Below, piece by piece: positions 8,716 to 20,336 of a stretch of DNA of 43,407 nt; positions within the stretch are counted from its first letter, which is position 1; every line of letters begins with the position of its first letter. This stretch comes from Candidatus Sericytochromatia bacterium (lineage in GTDB: Bacteria > Cyanobacteriota > Sericytochromatia > S15B-MN24 > VGJW01). Below the pieces are notes generated by a model. The model was not told the DNA's origin and ran no database searches. It worked only from the letters and a program-made list of their open reading frames with translations. Both the position numbers and the translations under genes were made by a program. The stretch is from assembly GCA_035285865.1 (NCBI GenBank), contig JAYKHS010000025.1, positions 1 through 43,407 on the forward strand, read 5' to 3'.

Positions 8716-10338
8716 ATGAGGGTGAGCCTGTTCGAGATCATGCCGCCGAGACCCGTTGCCCTGCTTGCCGCCAGCCTCCTCCTGTCGGCTTGCGTGGCTC
8801 CGAGGACTGGGGTGGCTGTCTCCCGGTATGTGCGGCAGGTCGATGCAGATCAGGGTGTCATTGCCAACGAATGGGTCGTTCGCATCAGGCCCGGCACCAG
8901 CTTGCCTGTGGAACACGACCTCCTGTCGCCGGGCATGGCCCTCGTTCGAGCGGCTGATGTCGGTGCCGCCGAGAAACTGCGCGAGCAGTTGGTCTCCGTC
9001 GAGGGTGTCGTGGATCTGGCGCCCAACCGCATCTTTCGTGCTGTCGTGGATGCTGCGGCGGCACCGGATCCCTGGCGGTCCCGCCAATGGGCGCTCGATG
9101 TCGTCGGTGCCGAGGTGTTCGAGCAATTGCCACCTGGACGGGAAGTCAAGGTCGCCGTTCTGGACACGGGCGTGGATCGGACGCATCCGGACATGGCAGA
9201 GGTGACGCTGCCGGGCTTCACGGTCATCGCCAACGGGCCATCGCTTGGCATGGACGATCAGGAGCACGGCACGCACGTCGCGGGTCTCATTGGCGCTTCC
9301 ATCGGCAACGGTGTCGGCATCGCGGGCATCTCGGACAGGGTCCGCATCCTGCCCGTCAAGGTGCTGGACAGCAATGGTTCGGGGACGCTGGACGACCTTA
9401 TCCGCGGCTTGGCCTACGCCAAGTCGGCCGGGGCCCAGGTCGTGAACATGAGCCTGTCTTCGCCGGCATCGTCGAATCTGGAGCGTCAGGCTGTCCAGGA
9501 TCTTGTCAACTCGGGCGTCGTGATCGTGGCCGCAGCGGGCAATGAAGGCTCATCCCAGCCGATGTCCCCGGCCGCATTGCCAGGTGTCATCGCGGTTGCC
9601 GCGACGGATCCCGGGGATGCGCGCGCCGATTTCTCCAGCTTCGGCAGCCATGTGCGCCTGGCGGCCCCGGGCACGGACATGATTTCCGCCGTTCCCGGCG
9701 CCAGCTACAGAATGCTCTCCGGGACGAGTCAGGCGAGTCCGATCGTGGCCGGCATCGCGGCATCGATCCTGTCGGTTGCACCGGGTACTTCGGCCAGCGT
9801 CATCCGAGACCTCCTGTACGAGACCGGGGCGCGGACCACGGGGTTTCCACAGGAGACCCGGCGCGTCGACCTTCGTCGGTTGATGGCCTTCATCAAGTCC
9901 CAGCTGCCGCCAGCCACGCCCTTGCCCGAGGAGAGCCAGGCTCCGGTCGTCACCCCGGCACCGGCCACTCCTGCCCCGGCAACGCCCCGGCCGACCGTCC
10001 TGCCGACGATGGCTCCTCCATCCGTCCCTACGCCCGAGCCCGCGAGAACAGCCGCACCCGCGACACCGACGCCCTTGCCCGTGCGGACACAGGCACCACC
10101 GTCTGTCGTCGATCCGATGCCCTCCACCCGACCGGGCAGCGACTACTCCAACCTGATTCCCGTGGCCGATGGCCCTGTCGGTGGCGGTTCCGGCGGCGGA
10201 ACCCCGGATTCGGCCCGTCCCGGCTTCGTCTGGGTGCCTGACTTCGGCGGGGGCTCCGGTTCGGCCGTGCAGCCCGTCGAGGGCGGTGGCGGCTCCGGGG
10301 GCGGTTCGATGGTGCCTGTCGTCAGTCCGTGGTGGTAG
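8716..10338 (+). CDS. S8 family (subtilisin-like) serine protease, lipoprotein, with Pro/Thr-rich C-terminal tail
   Basis: Lipobox LLSAC; catalytic triad VAVLDTG, HGTHVAG, SGTSQASP; oxyanion AAAGN; PAT repeats. Confidence 0.93.
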   Translation: MRVSLFEIMPPRPVALLAASLLLSACVAPRTGVAVSRYVRQVDADQGVIANEWVVRIRPGTSLPVEHDLLSPGMALVRAADVGAAEKLREQLVSVEGVVDLAPNRIFRAVVDAAAAPDPWRSRQWALDVVGAEVFEQLPPGREVKVAVLDTGVDRTHPDMAEVTLPGFTVIANGPSLGMDDQEHGTHVAGLIGASIGNGVGIAGISDRVRILPVKVLDSNGSGTLDDLIRGLAYAKSAGAQVVNMSLSSPASSNLERQAVQDLVNSGVVIVAAAGNEGSSQPMSPAALPGVIAVAATDPGDARADFSSFGSHVRLAAPGTDMISAVPGASYRMLSGTSQASPIVAGIAASILSVAPGTSASVIRDLLYETGARTTGFPQETRRVDLRRLMAFIKSQLPPATPLPEESQAPVVTPAPATPAPATPRPTVLPTMAPPSVPTPEPARTAAPATPTPLPVRTQAPPSVVDPMPSTRPGSDYSNLIPVADGPVGGGSGGGTPDSARPGFVWVPDFGGGSGSAVQPVEGGGGSGGGSMVPVVSPWW

Positions 10339-11425
10339 GCGAGGCGAGCGGAGCTGCCGCAGCGTGCGCCCGCGTCGTCGCGTGTGGCTGATTTTCCTGC
10401 TGGCCCGCGGATGAGACCTTGACCAGTTCGATGGTCTGCTCGTGGAGGTCCTGGATGGATCGGGCGTTGCAGTAGGACAGGCCGCTGCGGACGCCGCCCT
10501 CGAGTTCCGCGACCAGCGGGGCCACGGAACCCTTCCAGGGAATCCAGGTTTCCACGCCCTCGGGTGTTCGCGATACGCCCAGGACCTCCATCGCCCCTGC
10601 CGAGGCCATGCCACGGTAGCGCTTGCACGGTTGGCCGTCCCGGAGCACGACCTCACCGGGGGATTCCTCGGTACCGGCAAAGAGGCTGCCGATCATCACG
10701 GTATCGGCACCTGCGACGAGTGCCTTGACGATGTCGCCCGAGTTGCGGATGCCGCCATCGGCAATCAGCGTCGGGGCGTGCGCCGTGCGCGGGCGGGCCT
10801 TGCGGTGTTCGACCTCCCACCATCGGTCCATGGCGGCCCGGGCCCGCAGGACGGCCGTCAATTGCGGAACGCCGCAGCCGGTCACGATGCGTGTGGTGCA
10901 GACGGCACCGGGACCGACGCCGACCTTGATGGCGTGGGCCCCGGCCTCGAGCAGGTCCCATGTTCCCTCGGCGGTGGCCACGTTGCCGGCGATGACCCAG
11001 AGGTTCGGGAAGCGTTCACGCAGCTCATGAATGCGATCGATGACGCGATCCGAGTGACCGTGCGCAACGTCGACGAGTACGGCCGAGAGACCCTCGGCTC
11101 GGGAGACGAGGTCGAGGTCGCCTTCCTTGACGCCGATGGCGAGAATGCGCGGACCGGGCACCTCGGCCATTTCGGACAGGTGCTGATCGGCCGAGAGGAA
11201 CCGATGGACCACGCCCAGCGCCCCCAAGCCATGCATGGCCCGCGCCATCCGGGCTTCCGTGACGGTGTCCATGTTCGCGCTCAGGAAGGGAAGGTCGAGT
11301 TCGAGATCCCCGACGAGGCGAGTCCTGAGTGACGTCTCCTTGCGCGAGTAGACGCTGCTTCTGCGCGGGACGATCAGAACATCGTCATAGGTGAGGGCGG
11401 GGGACTCGAGGATACGCACGGACAT
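10322..11425 (-). CDS. IMP dehydrogenase / GMP reductase family protein lacking CBS domains
   Basis: [58 protein letters not shown]. Start placed at ATG 11425 with GGAG SD. Confidence 0.9.
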   Translation of the reverse strand: MSVRILESPALTYDDVLIVPRRSSVYSRKETSLRTRLVGDLELDLPFLSANMDTVTEARMARAMHGLGALGVVHRFLSADQHLSEMAEVPGPRILAIGVKEGDLDLVSRAEGLSAVLVDVAHGHSDRVIDRIHELRERFPNLWVIAGNVATAEGTWDLLEAGAHAIKVGVGPGAVCTTRIVTGCGVPQLTAVLRARAAMDRWWEVEHRKARPRTAHAPTLIADGGIRNSGDIVKALVAGADTVMIGSLFAGTEESPGEVVLRDGQPCKRYRGMASAGAMEVLGVSRTPEGVETWIPWKGSVAPLVAELEGGVRSGLSYCNARSIQDLHEQTIELVKVSSAGQQENQPHATTRAHAAAAPLASPTTTD

Positions 11426-11511
11426 GGCGATGGCTCCGGTCAAAAACGCCCTACTCTAGCATGGGGCGGGTGGTATCATCGCCATGGGCCACGGCGGCTC
11501 CGAGGGTGCCG

Positions 11512-12933
11512 ATGACGACACAGTCCGCGTCCGCCTGGCGGATCGAGACCGATCCGCTCGGTCCGGTGCGCGTGCCTCGCGCAGCCTACTACGGTGCGGC
11601 AACCGCTCGCGCCCTCACGAACTTCCCCGTCTCCGGCAGAGGTCTGCCGGAGCGTGTGGTCCGAATGATGGCTCTGGTCAAGGGGTGCGTGGCCGAGACC
11701 CATGCGGAGCTCGGTTGGTTGGAGGACGACGTGGCGGCGGCCATCGCGCACGCGGCCCGTGAGGTGGCGGCCGGCGGTCTTGCGGAAGAGTTTCCGGTGG
11801 ATGTCTTCCAGACCGGGTCCGGGACCAGCACGCACATGAATCTCAATGAGGTCTTGGCCCGCCGTGCCGCCGAGCTGCTGGGTCCCGGGCGTGCCGTTCA
11901 TCCAAATGACCATGTCAACCTCGGCCAGAGCAGCAACGATGTCTTCCCGACGGCGATGCACCTGGCCGTCGTGCTCGCCGTCCGGGAGGATCTCCTGCCG
12001 GCCCTGGAGCTGATGCGCGACATGCTGGGCGAGCGGGCGACGGCCTGGGCCGGCATCCTCAAGCTGGGCCGCACGCACCTGATGGATGCCACACCCATGA
12101 CGCTGGGGCAGGAGTTCTCGGGCTATGCCGCCCAGATCCGGGCAGCTCGGGATGGCTTGGAAGCCTTGCTGGCGCCACTCATGGGGCTTCCGCTCGGGGG
12201 GACAGCCGTGGGGACCGGCCTCAATCGGCATCCCGACATGCCAGTGCGTGCCTGTGCCCTTCTGGCCGCGCGTACGGGCCTGACGTGGGAACCTGCACGT
12301 GAACCCTTTGCTGCCGTGGCCAGTCGGGATGGCTTGGTGGGGCTGTCCGGGGGGCTGCGGACGGCGGCGGTCGCCTTGGCTAAGGTTGCTGGTGACTTGC
12401 GCCTCCTGGGATCGGGACCGCGCGGCGGGCTGGGGGAGATTGAACTGCCCGCGCTGCAGCCCGGCAGTTCGCTGATGCCCGGCAAGGTCAATCCAGTGCA
12501 GTGCGAGATGATCCTGCAGGTGGTCGCACGGGTCATCGGATGCGATGCGACGGTAGCTTTCGCAGGCCTCGGCAGCCAACTCGAGCTCAATACGATGATG
12601 CCGATCTTGGTGGCGAGTCTTCTCGAGGCCATCGACATCATGTCACGTGCCGTCACGGCGTTTGCCGAGGGCACGGTCGCCGGACTAAGGCCCGTGCCCG
12701 AGCGTTGCGCCTACTGGCTGGATCGGAGTCTTTCGCTCGTCACGGTCCTGACGCCCTTGATCGGTTATGACCGTGCTGCGGCTCTTGCAAGCCGGGCCCA
12801 TCAAACAGGCCGGCCCCTGCGGGAGGTTCTGGTCATGGAGTCGGGTATTGCGCCGGAGGTGCTGGATCGTTGGCTTGATGCTTCGGCGATGTGCGCGCCG
12901 CGCGCAGGGGGAGAGGGCCATGGAGTCGGTTGA
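11512..12933 (+). CDS. fumC: Class II fumarate hydratase (fumarase/aspartase family)
   Basis: VFQTGSGTSTHMN, HPNDHVNLGQSSNDVFPTAMH, GRTHLMDATP, GSSLMPGKVNP. Confidence 0.88.
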   Translation: MTTQSASAWRIETDPLGPVRVPRAAYYGAATARALTNFPVSGRGLPERVVRMMALVKGCVAETHAELGWLEDDVAAAIAHAAREVAAGGLAEEFPVDVFQTGSGTSTHMNLNEVLARRAAELLGPGRAVHPNDHVNLGQSSNDVFPTAMHLAVVLAVREDLLPALELMRDMLGERATAWAGILKLGRTHLMDATPMTLGQEFSGYAAQIRAARDGLEALLAPLMGLPLGGTAVGTGLNRHPDMPVRACALLAARTGLTWEPAREPFAAVASRDGLVGLSGGLRTAAVALAKVAGDLRLLGSGPRGGLGEIELPALQPGSSLMPGKVNPVQCEMILQVVARVIGCDATVAFAGLGSQLELNTMMPILVASLLEAIDIMSRAVTAFAEGTVAGLRPVPERCAYWLDRSLSLVTVLTPLIGYDRAAALASRAHQTGRPLREVLVMESGIAPEVLDRWLDASAMCAPRAGGEGHGVG

Positions 12934-13420
12934 GCCGCTGGCGGCCGAGCCACATGCGGGCCTCATTCGGGTGCTGGCAGATGGGGATGGCGACCAGGTC
13001 CTGACCCTCGTCAAGAACATGCTGCTGACCTATGGCTTCCGGTGGGATCCGGACGGTCTTGATGCCGATGTGCTGGCACCCGAGCGCTATCTGCAGGATG
13101 GTGGGACGTTCCTGGTCCTCGAGCGTGACGGCCACATCATGGGGACCATCGCCGCACGTCGCCTGGATGGGGAATGCCTTGAACTCTGCAGAATGTATCT
13201 GCACCCTGCGCTATGGGGCGAGGGGTGGGGCTCGAGGCTATTCTCCCGGCTCTCTGCCTGGGCGCGTGAAGGTGGCTTCAGGAGGATGGAGCTCGAGGCC
13301 GATCCGCGCTTCGATCGCAGCATCGGTTTCTACGAGCGCAAGGGTTTCAGGAGAATGCCGGAAGAGCCCGGCGTGGCAACCGGCCCCTTGCGATATGCCT
13401 TGGACCTGCGACCGGCCTGA
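12920..13420 (+). CDS. GNAT family N-acetyltransferase
   Basis: ELCRMYLHPALWGEGWGSRL acetyl-CoA motif A and SIGFYERKGF motif B. Overlaps the fumC 3' end. Confidence 0.88.
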   Translation: MESVEPLAAEPHAGLIRVLADGDGDQVLTLVKNMLLTYGFRWDPDGLDADVLAPERYLQDGGTFLVLERDGHIMGTIAARRLDGECLELCRMYLHPALWGEGWGSRLFSRLSAWAREGGFRRMELEADPRFDRSIGFYERKGFRRMPEEPGVATGPLRYALDLRPA

Positions 13421-13426
13421 CGGCGA

Positions 13427-14017
13427 TCAGTACTCGACGTATCGGCCGAGCGCCCGGGCGCGGCTGATCCATACGTTCAGGGTCTTGAGCGACGGGATGC
13501 GATCCGCAAGGCGGAAGCCTCCCTTGATCTGCGCTTTTTCAAGCGCCACGCGAAGGTTCTGAGCGTCACGGCGACCCAATTCGGCCACGGTGTCCACGCC
13601 GGCTTCCTCGAGGAGCCGGGCATAGACCGGACCCGTGCGGGTCATCCGCATCAGGTCGGCATGATTGACCCACGTCAGCAACAACTTGGTGCTGATGCCG
13701 GTTGCTCTGCCAAGGCGCTCGCGACCCGTGCGGGTGTGGCCCTGTTCCAGCAGTTGCATCACGTTCTGGACGCCGGCCTTGGCTAGGGCGTCGGCGTAGA
13801 CGGGACCCACGCCCAGAATCACGATGGCCCGATAGAGGGCGGCCTTGTCCGTCTGGATGTCCGATTCGGTCCCGTCGGCTTCCAGCATTTCCGTTCCGGG
13901 GACTCCGGCAGGCGCGAGGCGTGCGCTGGACACGGTGGTCGTAGCAGCGGGAACCTGGCCGCAGCCTGTCATGGCAAGGCCGGCCGCGAGCAACAGCGAA
14001 AAGTGGCGAATGTACAT
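13427..14017 (-). CDS. DUF4332 (helix-hairpin-helix) domain lipoprotein
   Basis: Lipobox AMTGC; GVGPVYADAL..AGV, WVNHADLMR, YARLLEEAGVDTVAELGRR and RIPS..WI match DUF4332. Confidence 0.85.
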   Translation of the reverse strand: MYIRHFSLLLAAGLAMTGCGQVPAATTTVSSARLAPAGVPGTEMLEADGTESDIQTDKAALYRAIVILGVGPVYADALAKAGVQNVMQLLEQGHTRTGRERLGRATGISTKLLLTWVNHADLMRMTRTGPVYARLLEEAGVDTVAELGRRDAQNLRVALEKAQIKGGFRLADRIPSLKTLNVWISRARALGRYVEY

Positions 14018-14117
14018 TTCAGGGACCTCTATCGGAGCAAGTTGTAAGTTAAAGGAGATTTAAGAATACCTTCATAGCATATCATCCTGAGGTAAAGATT
14101 TACAAGAGGTACAGGTC

Positions 14118-14714
14118 ATGAACGTCTCCTTCACGCTACGGCCCTTGGCGCATGTCTTCTTGGCGATGGCGGTGCTGGCTCCCCCTGCCATCGCGGCGGA
14201 CCCGGAGGCCGCCGTGGTGCACGCTGCGCAGGGCGTGCTGCAGGTCCCCGGCATCCCCGAGGCTGCCACGGGGATCTCGTGGGCACCCGTGACCCTTGGC
14301 GTCCCTGTGGTGATGTTGGGCCTTGCCGACCCTCGGGATCCCGGACTTGCCCTGCGCGTGCTCGCGACTGAGGTGGCGGCGGCGGGACTCGCCGAGGGTC
14401 TGAAGGCGCTCATCCTGAGGCCCCGCCCCTTCATTTCGGATCCGACGTTGCAGTTGCCCGCGGGACCTGCGGACAGCACCTCGATGCCCTCCGGGCACGC
14501 CGCCGTGGGCTTTGCCGGTGCGGCAACGCTGGCTGCGCTCAGGCCCGACCTGGCGCCCTGGGCCTGGGGTTGGGCCACGGCCGTCTCCATCACTCGGGTC
14601 GTGCTCGGGGTGCACTATCCCACGGACATCCTCGCCGGCGCCCTGCTCGGCCTCGGGACCGCGGCTACGGCTGCGTGGCTGGTGCCGCTGCCCGCAGTGC
14701 CTGGTCCTCGGTAG
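14118..14714 (+). CDS. PAP2 family membrane phosphatase
   Basis: KALILRPRP (C1), PSGHA (C2) and TRVVLGVHYPTD (C3) motifs, plus hydrophobic helices. Confidence 0.9.
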   Translation: MNVSFTLRPLAHVFLAMAVLAPPAIAADPEAAVVHAAQGVLQVPGIPEAATGISWAPVTLGVPVVMLGLADPRDPGLALRVLATEVAAAGLAEGLKALILRPRPFISDPTLQLPAGPADSTSMPSGHAAVGFAGAATLAALRPDLAPWAWGWATAVSITRVVLGVHYPTDILAGALLGLGTAATAAWLVPLPAVPGPR

Positions 14715-14720
14715 CGCTTC

Positions 14721-15836
14721 TCAGGGCGAGGCGGTTTCGTCCCGGATGCCCGTCAACCGCACGTTCCAAGGGCCGCCGTCTTCCTGCAGCACCAGCGTCA
14801 GTCCTCGACTATCGGCTGCAATGTCCTTCCGCACGTGCAGGTGGCGACTCTGCTGTTCTCCGGGGCCGAGGGTCCAGGAGCCTTCCTCGCCATCTGCCCG
14901 CACGACCCACGCCGTGAGATCCTCGCCTTCCCGGCTGACCAACTGCAAATCGCCATCCTGCCCCAGAAGGGTGATCGGACGGTCCGTGCCGTTGGCAACC
15001 TGCAGCGTCACCCGCAGGCCGTCGCCGGCAACCATGCGGGCGTGAAACGATGCGGAAACGCCCTGCTGGACCACCACGCGGCTCAGGAATTCGAGGATGG
15101 GTGGCGTGGTGGACGTCGGTTCGGGCGTCGGGGACGGACCGGGTTCGACGGCAAAGACCCCGCCTGTTGCCGTGGCGATCGCGGTCGATGCAGGGGACGC
15201 TGTCGCTTCGAGCATCGCAGCCCACGGTTCTGTCGGTGATGGGGCTGGCGCACCGATGGATTGCCGCAGCGCAGGCATGGGTGTCGATGGACCGACCAGC
15301 CAGAGTGTCAGGCCCGTGCCCAGCAGGAAGCCTGCGATCGCCGTGCCGACGAGGAGCGTCGTCTGCCCACTTCCGGTGACCGGATCCGGATTTTCCGGAT
15401 CGACACCGTCGAATGCCTGGCGCAGCCAGCGCACGACTGGCCTCCGGGTCGGATCCGGGTCCAGGGCATCCAGCAGGAGCAGGTCGATGGATGCGGGCAG
15501 GCCTCTGACCAGATCGCTGGGCCGCGCAAGTCCTCCTGGTCTGGGTGTCCTTGCGCCCTCAGGAAAGGCCTGATGGCCGGTGAGCACTTCATAGGCGAGG
15601 GCCGCAAGGGCGTGAACGTCCGCCGGTGGCCCTGTGGCCGGATCTTCGGGGGCGGACCAGCGGTCAGGCGTCTCAAGGGCCGCCTCAGGTACCTTGAATC
15701 GACCGAAAGCCAGTTCCTCGAGCGTCTCGCCATCGAGGCGACCGTGCCAGCGATGCTCCTGATGCAGCGCTTCGAGGCGCCGGGCCAGATCCTGGACCTG
15801 TGGCCAGAGCGTGGTGGGTAGGGCCTTCCCGGTCAT
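14721..15836 (-). CDS. Membrane protein with a degenerate Ser/Thr kinase C-lobe, one TM helix and an extracytoplasmic beta domain
   Basis: [24 protein letters not shown] and [10 protein letters not shown] resemble kinase subdomains VIII, IX and [29 protein letters not shown] overlap with uvrB. Confidence 0.72.
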   Translation of the reverse strand: MTGKALPTTLWPQVQDLARRLEALHQEHRWHGRLDGETLEELAFGRFKVPEAALETPDRWSAPEDPATGPPADVHALAALAYEVLTGHQAFPEGARTPRPGGLARPSDLVRGLPASIDLLLLDALDPDPTRRPVVRWLRQAFDGVDPENPDPVTGSGQTTLLVGTAIAGFLLGTGLTLWLVGPSTPMPALRQSIGAPAPSPTEPWAAMLEATASPASTAIATATGGVFAVEPGPSPTPEPTSTTPPILEFLSRVVVQQGVSASFHARMVAGDGLRVTLQVANGTDRPITLLGQDGDLQLVSREGEDLTAWVVRADGEEGSWTLGPGEQQSRHLHVRKDIAADSRGLTLVLQEDGGPWNVRLTGIRDETASP

Positions 15837-17893
15837 GTCCTGCGTCCTCTGGGCCGGCTGGTGCCCGGTGTTTCCTGATCGGGTCGGCCGAGGGCCTCGG
15901 CTGCCTGTGCTTGCGCCTTGCCGTGCTCGGCCAGCTGGAGGCGCAGCGACTGGATACGGTCCCGCAACTCGGCGGCGTGCTCGAACTCGAGCGACTGGGC
16001 GGCGGAACGCATCTCGCCTTCCAGACGCTTGATGGCCGCCGGGATGTCCTCGGGACGGACGGCCACGGCGGGGTCCACCTCCGGGGTGGCGCCGAGCGCC
16101 TCGAGCAGGGCGTTTCGGGAAGACTTCACGATCGGGCGCGGCACGATACCGTTGGCCTGGTTGTGCGCCTCCTGCAGTGCGCGTCGCCGCTGCGTTTCCT
16201 CGATGGCTCGCGCCATCGAACCCGTGACTCGGTCTGCATACATGAGCACGTGGCCTTCCGGGTGTCGGGCGGCGCGGCCCATGGTCTGGATCAGAGAGCG
16301 GCCGTCGCGCAGGTAGCCTTCCTTGTCGGCATCGAGGATGGCCACCAGCGAGACCTCCGGCAGGTCGAGTCCCTCCCGCAGCAGGTTGACGCCCACCAGG
16401 ATGTCGAAGACCCCCTGGCGCAGGTCGCGAAGCAGGGCGATCCGCTCGAGCGACTTCACGTCGCTGTGCAGGTATCTGGCCTTGAGGCCAATTTCGAGCA
16501 TGTAGTCCGTCAGGTCTTCGGCCATCCGCTTCGTCAGGGTGGTCACGAGGACCCTGTGGTTCCGGGCTGTCCGCTCGCGGACGACACCCACAAGGTGGTC
16601 GACCTGTCCTGTCACGGGACGGACCTCGATTGTCGGATCCAGAAGTCCGGTCGGGCGGATGATCTGCTCGACCACGTGGGCGCCGGCCTCCTTGAGTTCC
16701 CGGTCACCCGGCGTGGCCGAGACGTACAGGACCTGGCCCACGCGCTGCCAGAACTCGGCGGCTTGCAGGGGGCGATTGTCGAGGGCACTCGGCAGGCGAA
16801 AGCCGTGGTCCACCAGGACGGTCTTTCGCGAGCGGTCGCCGGCATACATGGCTTGAACCTGAGGCAGCGTCACATGGCTCTCGTCGATGAAGAGGAGGAA
16901 GTCCTTGGGGAAGTAGCTGAGCAGGGTGGCCGGAGGTTCGCCCTCGCGGCGACCACCCAGGTGGCGGGAGTAGTTCTCGACTCCGTTGCACTGGCCGATC
17001 TGGCGCAACATCTCCAGATCGTAGCGTGTCCTCTGTTCGAGGCGTTGCGCCTCGAGCAGCTTCTGGTGACGCATGAACCACGACAGCCGATCATCGAGTT
17101 CGGTTTCGATGTCCCTGAGTGCACGGCCCAGATCGTCTTCGGGCGTGACGAAGTGCTTGGCCGGGAAGATCGTCACCTGGTCGATGTCCCTTAGGATCTC
17201 GCCCGTGACCGGGTCGATGACCCGGATCCTGTCGACCTCGTCGCCGAAAAGCTCGATGCGGACGACTGATTCCTCGTAGCTGGGAACCAGTTCGACCGAG
17301 TCCCCGCGAACCCGAAAGCGCCCTCGACCCAGGTCGATGTCGTTGCGCTCGTAGTAGACCGATACGAGCGCCCGCAGCAGGGCCTGTCGGGAGATGGTCT
17401 CGCCGACGTGGATGCGGCGCGCCCCCCGGGCGTACTCCTCCGGCGGACCCAGTCCGTAGATGCACGAGATGGAGGCGACGACCACCGTGTCGCGTCGTTC
17501 GAGCAGGCTGCGCGTGGCCGAGTGGCGCAGGCGGTCGATGTCGTCGTTGATGGCCGACGTCTTCTCGATGTACGTGTCGGTCGACGGGATGTAGGCTTCA
17601 GGTTGGTAATAGTCGTAGTAGCTGACGAAGTACTCGACGGCGTTGTCGGGGAAGAACTCGCGCAACTCGTTGCAGAGCTGCGCTGCCAGTGTCTTGTTGT
17701 GCGCCAGGATCAGCGTCGGCCGCTGCAGACGCTCGATGGCCGCGGCCATGGTGTAGGTCTTGCCTGTACCGGTTGCGCCCAGCAGGACGACGCGGTCACG
17801 TGCCGGATCGCCGAAGGCCTCGGCGATGGCGTCGATGGCCTTGGCCTGATCCCCGGCTGGTCCGTAAGGAGCCTTCAGCGTGAAGGGAGGCAC
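15833..17893 (-). CDS. uvrB: Excinuclease ABC subunit B
   Basis: [24 protein letters not shown] beta-hairpin, [14 protein letters not shown] [19 protein letters not shown]-terminal UVR motif [11 protein letters not shown]. Confidence 0.98.
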   Translation of the reverse strand: MPPFTLKAPYGPAGDQAKAIDAIAEAFGDPARDRVVLLGATGTGKTYTMAAAIERLQRPTLILAHNKTLAAQLCNELREFFPDNAVEYFVSYYDYYQPEAYIPSTDTYIEKTSAINDDIDRLRHSATRSLLERRDTVVVASISCIYGLGPPEEYARGARRIHVGETISRQALLRALVSVYYERNDIDLGRGRFRVRGDSVELVPSYEESVVRIELFGDEVDRIRVIDPVTGEILRDIDQVTIFPAKHFVTPEDDLGRALRDIETELDDRLSWFMRHQKLLEAQRLEQRTRYDLEMLRQIGQCNGVENYSRHLGGRREGEPPATLLSYFPKDFLLFIDESHVTLPQVQAMYAGDRSRKTVLVDHGFRLPSALDNRPLQAAEFWQRVGQVLYVSATPGDRELKEAGAHVVEQIIRPTGLLDPTIEVRPVTGQVDHLVGVVRERTARNHRVLVTTLTKRMAEDLTDYMLEIGLKARYLHSDVKSLERIALLRDLRQGVFDILVGVNLLREGLDLPEVSLVAILDADKEGYLRDGRSLIQTMGRAARHPEGHVLMYADRVTGSMARAIEETQRRRALQEAHNQANGIVPRPIVKSSRNALLEALGATPEVDPAVAVRPEDIPAAIKRLEGEMRSAAQSLEFEHAAELRDRIQSLRLQLAEHGKAQAQAAEALGRPDQETPGTSRPRGRRT

Positions 17894-17901
17894 CCTGTCC
17901 G

Positions 17902-18105
17902 CTAGTCCTTGCTGACGGGAGGCAGACCGGACGCGGCATCCTGTTCGGGCACGTCCTGCTGCTGGGGACCCATGGCTTCGGCATGGCCATCGCGGAATTC
18001 ACGCCCCGAACGACGGATGGCACGGGCGAGCTCCGGGATCTTCTGGGATCCGAAGAGCAGGACACCCAGACCCACGATTACGGCGGCATCGGCAAAGGAC
18101 AACAT
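17902..18105 (-). CDS. tatA: Twin-arginine translocase TatA/TatE family subunit
   Basis: N-terminal TM ending in LLFG, followed by amphipathic helix [17 protein letters not shown]; 67 aa. Confidence 0.82.
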   Translation of the reverse strand: MLSFADAAVIVGLGVLLFGSQKIPELARAIRRSGREFRDGHAEAMGPQQQDVPEQDAASGLPPVSKD

Positions 18106-18140
18106 GAACGAATTGTAGCTCCGGCCGAGGTTAGGGACAA
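18106..18140 (-). promoter_or_regulatory. sigma70-type promoter giving a leaderless tatA transcript
   Basis: TTGTCC(18135-18140)-17 nt-TACAAT(18112-18117)-6 nt-ATG; no SD. Confidence 0.65.
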
Positions 18141-18146
18141 AGGCCA

Positions 18147-18175
18147 GAGGGGCCGGCCTGGATGGCCGACCCCTC
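18147..18175 (-). terminator. Intrinsic terminator after groEL
   Basis: GAGGGGTCGGCC-atcca-GGCCGGCCCCTC 12-bp stem (one G-U on the minus strand) followed by TGGCCTTTGT. Confidence 0.65.
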
Positions 18176-18217
18176 CGGGGACGTCAGGACGTCATGTGGA
18201 TGCAGGTCCCGAAGGGC

Positions 18218-20205
<1,988 letters not shown>

Positions 20206-20239
20206 GGGTGATGAAAACCTCCATAGAAACCGATCTCTG

Positions 20240-20266
20240 TTAGCACTCAACCGAGGTGAGTGCTAA
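20240..20266. promoter_or_regulatory. CIRCE element (HrcA operator)
   Basis: Perfect TTAGCACTC-N9-GAGTGCTAA between the groES promoter and start codon. Confidence 0.98.
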
Positions 20267-20274
20267 CAGTGCTT

Positions 20275-20304
20275 ATCGTACCCCACCCCTTCCCGCTCGC
20301 GCAA
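20275..20304 (-). promoter_or_regulatory. groESL sigma70-type promoter
   Basis: TTGCGC(20299-20304)-18 nt-TACGAT(20275-20280), immediately upstream of the CIRCE. Confidence 0.65.
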
Positions 20305-20336
20305 GGCACGTGGGGAGGGCAGGCTTCAGGCTTGCG

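Noticed and set aside
9940..10320. Short repeated DNA units as a tandem repeat or CRISPR array
   Set aside because: Degenerate in-frame coding repeats for Pro/Thr/Gly linkers; no constant repeat-spacer structure and no cas genes.
14098..14117. TTTACAAGAG / AGGTACAGGT as further GGGTACAAGA copies before the PAP2 gene
   Set aside because: They are mismatched and lie at different distances from the start codon than the three exact copies.
18102..18120. Possible LexA box upstream of tatA-uvrB
   Set aside because: Only a GTTC half-site is present; the other half reads TACA and belongs to the -10 element.
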